64,000 nt of DNA from Eledone cirrhosa (taxonomy: Eukaryota). The notes beneath the pieces were generated by a model, which was not told the DNA's origin, did no database searches, and saw only the letters and a program-made list of their open reading frames with translations. The number at the start of each line of letters is the position of its first letter. The stretch's first letter is position 1. The stretch lies in the NCBI GenBank assembly GCA_964016885.1, contig OZ024740.1, positions 25,544,001 through 25,608,000 of the forward strand, written 5' to 3'. Shown piece after piece: positions 53,640-64,000 of this stretch. The translations under genes were made by a program, and so were the position numbers.

Positions 53640-56600
53640 TACTTGTATTGTAGTTGTAGTTACTTCTATTGTAGTTGTAGTTACTACTATTGTAGTTGTA
53701 GTTACTTCTATTGTAGTTGTAGTTTGTTCTATTGTAGTTGTAGTTACTTCTATCGTAGGTGTAGTTACTTCTATTGTAGTTGTAGTTACTTCTATTGTAG
53801 TTGTAGATACTTCTATTGTAGTTGTAGTTACTTCTATTGTAGTTGTAGATACTTCTATTGTAGTTGTAGATACTTCTATTGTAGATGTAGATACTTCTAT
53901 TATAGTTGTAGTTACTTCTATTGTAGTTGTAGATACTTCTATTGCAATTGTAGTTACTTCTATTGTAGTTGTAGTTACTTCTATTGTAGTTGTAGTTACT
54001 TCTCTTGTAGTTGTAGTTACTTCTCTTGTAGTTGTAGTTACTTCTATTGTAGTTGTAGTTACTTCTATTGTAGTTGTAGTTATTTCTATTGTAGTTGTAG
54101 TTACTTCTATTGTAGTTGTAGTTACTTCTATTGTAGTTGTAGTTACTTCTATTGTAGTTGTAGTTATTTCTATTGTAGTTGTAGTTACTTCTATTGTAGT
54201 TGTAGTTACTTCTATTGAATTTGTAGTTACTTCTATTGTAGTTGTAGTTACTTCTCTTGTAGTTGTAGTTACTTCTATTGTAGTTGTAGTTACTTCTCTT
54301 TTAGTTGTAGATACTTCTGTTGTAGATACATCTATTGTAGTTGTAGGTACTTCTATTGTAGTTGTAGTTACTTCTATTGTAGTTGTAGTTACTTCTATTG
54401 TAGTTGTAGTTACTTCTATTGTAGCTGTAGTTACTTCTATTGTAGTTGTAGTTATTTCTATTGTAGTTGTAGTTACTTTATTGTAGTTGTAGTTACTTCT
54501 CTTGTAGTTGTAGTTACTTCTATTGTAGTTGTAGTTACTTCTCTTTTAGTTGTAGATACTTCTGTTGTAGATACATCTATTGTAGTTGTAGGTACTTCTA
54601 TTGTAGTTGTAGTTATTTCTATTGTAGTTGTAGTTACTTCTATTGTAGTTGTAGTTATTTCTATTGTAGTTGTAGTTACTTCTATTGTAGTTGTAGTTAC
54701 TTCTATTGAATTTGTAGTTACTTCTATTGTAGTTGTAGTTACTTCTCTTGTAGTTGTAGTTACTTCTATTGTAGTTGTAGTTACTTCTCTTTTAGTTGTA
54801 GATATTTCTGTTGTAGATACATCTATTGTAGTTGTAGGTACTTCTATTGTAGTTGTAGTTACTTCTATTGTAGTTGTAGTTACTTCTATTGTAGTTGTAG
54901 TTACTTCTATTGTAGCTGTAGTTACTTCTATTGTAGTTGTAGTTATTTCTATTGTAGTTGTAGTTACTTTATTGTAGTTGTAGTTACTTCTCTTGTAGTT
55001 GTAGTTACTTCTATTGTAGTTGTAGTTACTTCTCTTTTAGTTGTAGATACTTCTGTTGTAGATACATCTATTGTAGTTGTAGGTACTTCTATTGTAGTTG
55101 TAGTTACTTCTATTGTAGTTGTAGTTACTTTATTGTAGTTGTAGTTACTTGTATTGTAGTTGTAGTTACTTCTATTGTAGTTGTAGTTACTACTATTGTA
55201 GTTGTAGTTACTTCTATTGTAGTTGTAGTTTGTTCTATTGTAGTTGTAGTTACTTCTATCGTAGGTGTAGTTACTTCTATTGTAGTTGTAGTTACTTCTA
55301 TTGTAGTTGTAGATACTTCTATTGTAGTTGTAGTTACTTCTATTGTAGTTGTAGATACTTCTATTGTAGTTGTAGATACTTCTATTGTAGATGTAGATAC
55401 TTCTATTATAGTTGTAGTTACTTCTATTGTAGTTGTAGATACTTCTATTGCAATTGTAGTTACTTCTATTGTAGTTGTAGTTACTTCTATTGTAGTTGTA
55501 GTTACTTCTCTTGTAGTTGTAGTTACTTCTCTTGTAGTTGTAGTTACTTCTATTGTAGTTGTAGTTACTTCTATTGTAGTTGTAGTTATTTCTATTGTAG
55601 TTGTAGTTACTTCTATTGTAGTTGTAGTTACTTCTATTGTAGTTGTAGTTACTTCTATTGTAGTTGTAGTTATTTCTATTGTAGTTGTAGTTACTTCTAT
55701 TGTAGTTGTAGTTACTTCTATTGAATTTGTAGTTACTTCTATTGTAGTTGTAGTTACTTCTCTTGTAGTTGTAGTTACTTCTATTGTAGTTGTAGTTACT
55801 TCTCTTTTAGTTGTAGATACTTCTGTTGTAGATACATCTATTGTAGTTGTAGGTACTTCTATTGTAGTTGTAGTTACTTCTATTGTAGTTGTAGTTACTT
55901 CTATTGTAGTTGTAGTTACTTCTATTGTAGCTGTAGTTACTTCTATTGTAGTTGTAGTTATTTCTATTGTAGTTGTAGTTACTTTATTGTAGTTGTAGTT
56001 ACTTCTCTTGTAGTTGTAGTTACTTCTATTGTAGTTGTAGTTACTTCTCTTTTAGTTGTAGATACTTCTGTTGTAGATACATCTATTGTAGTTGTAGGTA
56101 CTTCTATTGTAGTTGTAGTTATTTCTATTGTAGTTGTAGTTACTTCTATTGTAGTTGTAGTTATTTCTATTGTAGTTGTAGTTACTTCTATTGTAGTTGT
56201 AGTTACTTCTATTGAATTTGTAGTTACTTCTATTGTAGTTGTAGTTACTTCTCTTGTAGTTGTAGTTACTTCTATTGTAGTTGTAGTTACTTCTCTTTTA
56301 GTTGTAGATATTTCTGTTGTAGATACATCTATTGTAGTTGTAGGTACTTCTATTGTAGTTGTAGTTACTTCTATTGTAGTTGTAGTTACTTCTATTGTAG
56401 TTGTAGTTACTTCTATTGTAGCTGTAGTTACTTCTATTGTAGTTGTAGTTATTTCTATTGTAGTTGTAGTTACTTTATTGTAGTTGTAGTTACTTCTCTT
56501 GTAGGTGTAGTTACTTCTATTGTAGTTGTAGTTACTTCTCTTTTAGTTGTAGATACTTCTGTTGTAGATACATCTATTGTAGTTGTAGGTACTTCTATTG

Positions 56601-56830
56601 TAGTTGTAGTTACTTCTATTGTAGTTGTAGTTACTTTATTGTAGTTGTAGTTACTTGTATTGTAGTTGTAGTTACTTCTATTGTAGTTGTAGTTACTACT
56701 ATTGTAGTTGTAGTTACTTCTATTGTAGTTGTAGTTTGTTCTATTGTAGTTGTAGTTACTTCTATCGTAGGTGTAGTTACTTCTATTGTAGTTGTAGTTA
56801 CTTCTATTGTAGTTGTAGATACTTCTATTG
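53640..56830. repeat. Second occurrence of the 1506-bp higher-order repeat (offset 12372 from the first)
   Basis: ORF starts 53643, 55149 and 56655 equal 41271, 42777 and 44283 plus 12372. The 191-aa translations are identical. Confidence 0.9.
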
Positions 56831-58484
56831 TAGTTGTAGATACTTCTATTGTAGATGTAGATACTTCTATTATAGTTATAGTTACTTCTATTGTAGTTGT
56901 AGATACTTCTATTGCAATTGTAGTTACTTCTATTGTAGTTGTAGTTACTTCTATTGTAGTTGTAGTTACTTCTATTGTAGTTGTAATTACTTCTATTGTA
57001 GTTGTAGTTACTTCTATTGTAGTTGTAGATACTCCTATTGTAGTTGTAGATACTTCTATTGTTGTTGTAGTTACTTCTATTGTAGTTGTAGTTACTTCTA
57101 TTGTAGTTGTAGTTATTTCTATTGTAGTTGTAGTTACTTCTATTGTAGTTGTAGTTATTTCTATTGTAGTTGTAGATACTCCTATTGTAGTTGTAGATAC
57201 TTCTATTGTAGATGTAGATACTTCTATTGTAGTTGTAGAAGCTTCTATTGTAGATGTTGTTACTCCTATTGTAGTTGTAGTTACTTCTATTGTAGTTGTA
57301 GTTACTTCTATTGTAGTTGTAGTTACTTCTATTGTATTTGTAGTTACTTCTATTGTAGTTGTAGTTACTTCTATTGTAGTTGTAGTTACTTCTATTGTAG
57401 CTGTAGTTACTTCTATTGTAGTTGTAGTTATTTCTATTGTAGTTGTAGTTACTTCTATTGTAGTTGTAGTTATTTCTATTGTAGTTGTAGTTACTTTATT
57501 GTAGTTGTAGTTACTTCTCTTGTAGTTGTAGTTACTTCTATTGTAGTTGTAGTTACTTCTCTTTTAGTTGTAGATACTTCTGTTGTAGATACATCTATTG
57601 TAGTTGTAGGTACTTCTATTGTAGTTGTAGTTACTTCTATTGTAGTTGTAGTTACTTCTATTGTAGTTGTAGTTACTTCTATTGTAGCTGTAGTTACTTC
57701 TATTGTAGTTGTAGTTATTTCTATTGTAGTTGTAGTTACTTTATTGTAGTTGTAGTTACTTCTCTTGTAGTTGTAGTTACTTCTATTGTAGTTGTAGTTA
57801 CTTCTCTTTTAGTTGTAGATACTTCTGTTGTAGATACATCTATTGTAGTTGTAGGTACTTCTATTGTAGTTGTAGTTACTTCTATTGTAGTTGTAGTTAC
57901 TTTATTGTAGTTGTAGTTACTTGTATTGTAGTTGTAGTTTGTTCTATTGTAGTTGTAGTTACTTCTATCGTAGGTGTAGTTACTTCTATTGTAGTTGTAG
58001 TTACTTCTATTGTAGTTGTAGATACTTCTATTGTAGTTGTAGTTACTTCTATTGTAGTTGTAGATACTTCTATTGTAGTTGTAGATACTTCTATTGTAGA
58101 TGTAGATACTTCTATTATAGTTGTAGTTACTTCTATTGTAGTTGTAGATACTTCTATTGCAATTGTAGTTACTTCTATTGTAGTTGTAGTTACTTCTATT
58201 GTAGTTGTAGTTACTTCTATTGTAGTTGTAATTACTTCTATTGTAGTTGTAGTTACTTCTATTGTAGTTGTAGATACTCCTATTGTAGTTGTAGATACTT
58301 CTATTGTTGTTGTAGTTACTTCTATTGTAGTTGTAGTTACTTCTATTGTAGTTGTAGTTACTTCTATTGTAGTTGTAGTTACTTCTATTGTAGTTGTAGT
58401 TATTTCTATTGTAGTTGTAGTTAATTCTATTGTAGTTGTAGTTATTTCTATTGTAGTTGTAGATACTCCTATTGTAGTTGTAGA

Positions 58485-60195
58485 TACTTCTATTGTAGAT
58501 GTAGATACTTCTATTGTAGTTGTAGAAGCTTCTATTGTAGATGTTGTTACTTCTATTGTAGATGTAGTTACTTCTATTGTAGTTGTAGTTACTTCTATTG
58601 TAGTTGTAGTTATTTCTATTGTAGTTGTAGTTACTTCTATTGTAGTTGTAGTTACTTCTATTGTAGTTGTAGTTACTTCTATTGTAGTTGTAGTTACTTC
58701 TATTGTAGTTGTAGATACTTCTATTGTAGTTGTAGTTACTCCTATTGTAGTTGTAGTTACTTATATTGTAGTTGTAGTTACTCTATTGTAGTTGTAGTTA
58801 CTTCTATTGTAGTTGAAGTTACTTTATTGTAGTTGTAGTTACTTCTATTGTAGTTGTAGATACTTCTATTGTAGTTGTAGTTACTTCTATTGTAGTTGTA
58901 GTTACTTCTATTGTAGTTGTAGATACTTCTATTGTAGTTGTAGTTACTTCTATTGTAGTTGTAGTTACTTCTATTGTAGTTGTAGTTACTTCTATTGTAG
59001 TTGTAGTTACTTCTATTGTAGTTGTAGTTACTTTATTGTAGTTGTAGTTACTTCTATTGTAGTTGTAGTTACTTCTATTGTAGTTGTAGATACTTCTATT
59101 GTAGTTGTAGTTACTTTATTGTAGTTGTAGTTACTTCTATTGTAGTTGAAGTTACTTTATTGTAGTTGTAGTTACTTCTATTGTAGCTGTAGATACTTCT
59201 ATTGTAGTTGTAGTTACTTCTATTGTAGTTGTAGTTACTTTATTGTAGTTGTAGTTATTTCTATTGTAGTTGTAGTTACTTCTATTGTAGTTGTAGTTAC
59301 TTCTATTGTAGTTGTAGTTACTTCTATTGTAGATGTAGATACTTCTATTGTAGTTGTAGAAGCTTCTATTGTAGATGTTGTTACTTCTATTGTAGATGTA
59401 GTTACTTCTATTGTAGTTGTAGTTACTTCTATTGTAGTTGTAGTTATTTCTATTGTAGTTGTAGTTACTTCTATTGTAGTTGTAGTTACTTCTATTGTAG
59501 TTGTAGTTACTTCTATTGTAGTTGTAGTTACTTCTATTGTAGTTGTAGATACTTCTATTGTAGTTGTAGTTACTCCTATTGTAGTTGTAGTTACTTATAT
59601 TGTAGTTGTAGTTACTCTATTGTAGTTGTAGTTACTTCTATTGTAGTTGAAGTTACTTTATTGTAGTTGTAGTTACTTCTATTGTAGTTGTAGATACTTC
59701 TATTGTAGTTGTAGTTACTTCTATTGTAGTTGTAGTTACTTCTATTGTAGTTGTAGATACTTCTATTGTAGTTGTAGTTACTTCTATTGTAGTTGTAGTT
59801 ACTTCTATTGTAGTTGTAGTTACTTCTATTGTAGTTGTAGTTACTTCTATTGTAGTTGTAGTTACTTTATTGTAGTTGTAGTTACTTCTATTGTAGTTGT
59901 AGTTACTTCTATTGTAGTTGTAGATACTTCTATTGTAGTTGTAGTTACTTTATTGTAGTTGTAGTTACTTCTATTGTAGTTGAAGTTACTTTATTGTAGT
60001 TGTAGTTACTTCTATTGTAGTTGTAGATACTTCTATTGTAGTTGTAGTTACTTCTATTGTAGTTGTAGTTACTTCTATTGTAGTTGTAGATACTTCTATT
60101 GTAGTTGTAGTTACTTCTATTGTAGTTGTAGTTACTTCTATTGTAGTTGTAGTTACTTCTATTGTAGTTGTAGTTACTTCTATTGTAGTTGTAGT
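58485..60195. repeat. 834-bp tandem duplication, second occurrence
   Basis: ORFs 58813/59647 and 59146/59980. AAGCTT at 58526/59360. Confidence 0.87.
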
Positions 60196-63100
60196 TTGTT
60201 CTATTGCAGTTGTAGTTACTTCTATCGTAGGTGTAGTTACTTCTATTGTAGTTGTAGTTACTTCTATTGTAGTTGTAGATACTTCTCTTGTAGTTGTAGT
60301 TACTTCTATTGTACTTGTAGATACTTCTATTGTAGTTGTAGATATTTCTGTTGTAGTTACTTCTATTGTAGGTGTAGTTACTTCAATTGTAGTTGTAGTT
60401 ACTTCTATTGTAGTGGTAGTTACTTCTCTTGTAGTTGTAGTTACTTCTATTGAATTTGTAGTTACTTCTATTGTAGTTGTAGTTACTTCTCTTGTAGTTG
60501 TAGTTACTTCTATTGTAGTTGTAGTTACTTCTCTTTTAGTTGTAGATACTTCTGTTGTAGATACATCTATTGTAGTTGTAGGTACTTCTATTGTAGTTGT
60601 AGTTACTTCTATTGTAGTTGTAGTTACTTCTATTGTAGTTGTAGTTACTTCTATTGTAGCTGTAGTTACTTCTATTGTAGTTGTAGTTATTTCTATTGTA
60701 GTTGTAGTTACTTTATTGTAGTTGTAGTTACTTCTCTTGTAGTTGTAGTTACTTCTATTGTAGTTGTAGTTACTTCTCTTTTAGTTGTAGATACTTCTGT
60801 TGTAGATACATCTATTGTAGTTGTAGGTACTTCTATTGTAGTTGTAGTTATTTCTATTGTAGTTGTAGTTACTTCTATTGTAGTTGTAGTTATTTCTATT
60901 GTAGTTGTAGTTACTTCTATTGTAGTTGTAGTTACTTCTATTGAATTTGTAGTTACTTCTATTGTAGTTGTAGTTACTTCTCTTGTAGTTGTAGTTACTT
61001 CTATTGTAGTTGTAGTTACTTCTCTTTTAGTTGTAGATATTTCTGTTGTAGATACATCTATTGTAGTTGTAGGTACTTCTATTGTAGTTGTAGTTACTTC
61101 TATTGTAGTTGTAGTTACTTCTATTGTAGTTGTAGTTACTTCTATTGTAGCTGTAGTTACTTCTATTGTAGTTGTAGTTATTTCTATTGTAGTTGTAGTT
61201 ACTTTATTGTAGTTGTAGTTACTTCTCTTGTAGGTGTAGTTACTTCTATTGTAGTTGTAGTTACTTCTCTTTTAGTTGTAGATACTTCTGTTGTAGATAC
61301 ATCTATTGTAGTTGTAGGTACTTCTATTGTAGTTGTAGTTACTTCTATTGTAGTTGTAGTTACTTTATTGTAGTTGTAGTTACTTGTATTGTAGTTGTAG
61401 TTACTTCTATTGTAGTTGTAGTTACTACTATTGTAGTTGTAGTTACTTCTATTGTAGTTGTAGTTTGTTCTATTGTAGTTGTAGTTACTTCTATCGTAGG
61501 TGTAGTTACTTCTATTGTAGTTGTAGTTACTTCTATTGTAGTTGTAGATACTTCTATTGTAGTTGTAGATACTTCTATTGTAGATGTAGATACTTCTATT
61601 ATAGTTATAGTTACTTCTATTGTAGTTGTAGATACTTCTATTGCAATTGTAGTTACTTCTATTGTAGTTGTAGTTACTTCTATTGTAGTTGTAGTTACTT
61701 CTATTGTAGTTGTAATTACTTCTATTGTAGTTGTAGTTACTTCTATTGTAGTTGTAGATACTCCTATTGTAGTTGTAGATACTTCTATTGTTGTTGTAGT
61801 TACTTCTATTGTAGTTGTAGTTACTTCTATTGTAGTTGTAGTTATTTCTATTGTAGTTGTAGTTACTTCTATTGTAGTTGTAGTTATTTCTATTGTAGTT
61901 GTAGATACTCCTATTGTAGTTGTAGATACTTCTATTGTAGATGTAGATACTTCTATTGTAGTTGTAGAAGCTTCTATTGTAGATGTTGTTACTCCTATTG
62001 TAGTTGTAGTTACTTCTATTGTAGTTGTAGTTACTTCTATTGTAGTTGTAGTTACTTCTATTGTATTTGTAGTTACTTCTATTGTAGTTGTAGTTACTTC
62101 TATTGTAGTTGTAGTTACTTCTATTGTAGCTGTAGTTACTTCTATTGTAGTTGTAGTTATTTCTATTGTAGTTGTAGTTACTTCTATTGTAGTTGTAGTT
62201 ATTTCTATTGTAGTTGTAGTTACTTTATTGTAGTTGTAGTTACTTCTCTTGTAGTTGTAGTTACTTCTATTGTAGTTGTAGTTACTTCTCTTTTAGTTGT
62301 AGATACTTCTGTTGTAGATACATCTATTGTAGTTGTAGGTACTTCTATTGTAGTTGTAGTTACTTCTATTGTAGTTGTAGTTACTTCTATTGTAGTTGTA
62401 GTTACTTCTATTGTAGCTGTAGTTACTTCTATTGTAGTTGTAGTTATTTCTATTGTAGTTGTAGTTACTTTATTGTAGTTGTAGTTACTTCTCTTGTAGT
62501 TGTAGTTACTTCTATTGTAGTTGTAGTTACTTCTCTTTTAGTTGTAGATACTTCTGTTGTAGATACATCTATTGTAGTTGTAGGTACTTCTATTGTAGTT
62601 GTAGTTACTTCTATTGTAGTTGTAGTTACTTTATTGTAGTTGTAGTTACTTGTATTGTAGTTGTAGTTTGTTCTATTGTAGTTGTAGTTACTTCTATCGT
62701 AGGTGTAGTTACTTCTATTGTAGTTGTAGTTACTTCTATTGTAGTTGTAGATACTTCTATTGTAGTTGTAGTTACTTCTATTGTAGTTGTAGATACTTCT
62801 ATTGTAGTTGTAGATACTTATATTGTAGATGTAGATACTTCTATTATAGTTGTAGTTACTTCTATTGTAGTTGTAGATACTTCTATTGCAATTGTAGTTA
62901 CTTCTATTGTAGTTGTAGTTACTTCTATTGTAGTTGTAGTTACTTCTATTGTAGTTGTAATTACTTCTATTGTAGTTGTAGTTACTTCTATTGTAGTTGT
63001 AGATACTCCTATTGTAGTTGTAGATACTTCTATTGTTGTTGTAGTTACTTCTATTGTAGTTGTAGTTACTTCTATTGTAGTTGTAGTTACTTCTATTGTA

Positions 63101-64000
63101 GTTGTAGTTACTTCTATTGTAGTTGTAGTTATTTCTATTGTAGTTGTAGTTAATTCTATTGTAGTTGTAGTTATTTCTATTGTAGTTGTAGATACTCCTA
63201 TTGTAGTTGTAGATACTTCTATTGTAGATGTAGATACTTCTATTGTAGTTGTAGAAGCTTCTATTGTAGATGTTGTTACTTCTATTGTAGATGTAGTTAC
63301 TTCTATTGTAGTTGTAGTTACTTCTATTGTAGTTGTAGTTATTTCTATTGTAGTTGTAGTTACTTCTATTGTAGTTGTAGTTACTTCTATTGTAGTTGTA
63401 GTTACTTCTATTGTAGTTGTAGTTACTTCTATTGTAGTTGTAGATACTTCTATTGTAGTTGTAGTTACTCCTATTGTAGTTGTAGTTACTTATATTGTAG
63501 TTGTAGTTACTCTATTGTAGTTGTAGTTACTTCTATTGTAGTTGACGTTACTTTATTGTAGTTGTAGTTACTTCTATTGTAGTTGTAGATACTTCTATTG
63601 TAGTTGTAGTTACTTCTATTGTAGTTGTTGTTACTTCTATTGTAGTTGTAGATACTTCTATTGTAGTTGTAGTTACTTCTATTGTAGTTGTAGTTACTTC
63701 TATTGTAGTTGTAGTTACTTCTATTGTAGTTGTAGTTACTTCTATTGTAGTTGTAGTTACTTTATTGTAGTTGTAGTTACTTCTATTGTAGTTGTAGTTA
63801 CTTCTATTGTAGTTGTAGATACTTCTATTGTAGTTGTAGTTACTTTATTGTAGTTGTAGTTACTTCTATTGTAGTTGAAGTTACTTTATTGTAGTTGTAG
63901 TTACTTCTATTGTAGTTGTAGATACTTCTATTGTAGTTGTAGTTACTTCTATTGTAGTTGTAGTTACTTCTATTGTAGTTGTAGATACTTCTATTGTAGT

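Larger units (their letters stand above)
1..64000. repeat. Satellite DNA array, 21-bp monomer AGTTACTTCTATTGTAGTTGT (reverse complement ACAACTACAATAGAAGTAACT), ~3,050-3,100 copies in a single orientation, running off both window ends
   Basis: Read directly: bases 1-21 recur every 21 bp throughout. Deviations are 1-3 substitutions, 1-bp deletions (ACTTTATT, ACTCTATT) or 6-bp deletions (AGATACTTCTGTTGT, AGATATTTCTGTTGT). Confidence 0.99.
47640..64000. repeat. 4729-bp higher-order repeat in two runs (~47640-53630 and ~56470-64000+) offset by 8825 bp
   Basis: Offset 4729: ORFs 47830/52559, 56655/61384, 57921/62650, 58813/63542. Offset 8825: 49096/57921, 49988/58813, 50321/59146, 51155/59980, 51588/60413, 52559/61384. 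Confidence 0.9.

Noticed and set aside
59180-63635. Singleton variants (e.g. GTAGCTGT ~59186, GATACTTATA ~62820, GTTGACGTT ~63545, GTTGTTGTT ~63628)
   Set aside because: Each is seen once in its context, so it cannot be told apart from a consensus error. They are useful only as mapping markers.
546-63853. All plus-strand ORFs (Cys/Tyr/Ser-rich YFYCSCS and Val-rich IVVVVTS), superficially metallothionein-, keratin-associated- or membrane-like
   Set aside because: They follow automatically from a 21-bp unit with stop-free frames. The starts I checked are TTG or GTG codons inside the repeat, frames switch at 1-bp deletions, and there are no unique termini or regulatory context.
1-64000. CRISPR array
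   Set aside because: The repeats abut directly with no unique spacers, leader or cas genes.
1-64000. Telomerase-made telomeric tract (long yeast-type repeat, TG-rich strand)
   Set aside because: There are no G runs. Multi-kb ordered duplication of variant patterns indicates recombination or replication-based amplification rather than templated addition. A recombination-maintained terminal satellite cannot be excluded without chromosomal context.
1-64000. Plasmodium falciparum Rep20 (also a 21-bp unit)
   Set aside because: Only the length matches. As I recall it, Rep20 has a different, more degenerate consensus (TAAGACC-containing), which is not seen here. I could not check this against a database.
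1-64000. Pure sequencing artefact or rolling-circle concatemer
   Set aside because: Variants recur in fixed order at exact offsets with several different nested periods, which random error or a single circular template would not produce. Individual block copy numbers could still be misassembled.
1-64000. Short 4-6 bp palindromes created by variants (AGCT, GTAC, CAATTG) as regulatory or restriction-related signals
   Set aside because: Such short sites are expected by chance from single substitutions in an AT-rich unit, and there is no independent support for function.

Overview
The whole 64 kb window is one uninterrupted, head-to-tail tandem array of a 21-bp monomer, consensus AGTTACTTCTATTGTAGTTGT, at roughly 3,050-3,100 copies. 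The consensus is 4A/2C/4G/11T (about 29% GC) and strongly strand-asymmetric. I see no unique sequence, inversion, gene, RNA gene, mobile element or CRISPR spacer. All listed ORFs are translations of the repeat (YFYCSCS / IVVVVTS). A small set of recurrent variant monomers (substitutions, 20-bp and 15-bp deletion forms) acts as a barcode. It shows nested higher-order repeats and block duplications with offsets of 141, 834, 1049, 1506, 1703, 2077, ~2400, 2779, 4729, 7757, 8825 and 12372 bp, arranged in about four layered domains. This looks like eukaryotic satellite DNA; organism and chromosomal location cannot be determined from the window. I cannot support a novel protein-coding system here. 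The best leads are the higher-order hierarchy and a set of variants that progressively perfect a quasi-palindrome within the monomer. Offsets were counted by hand from marker positions and ORF starts; block boundaries are approximate.
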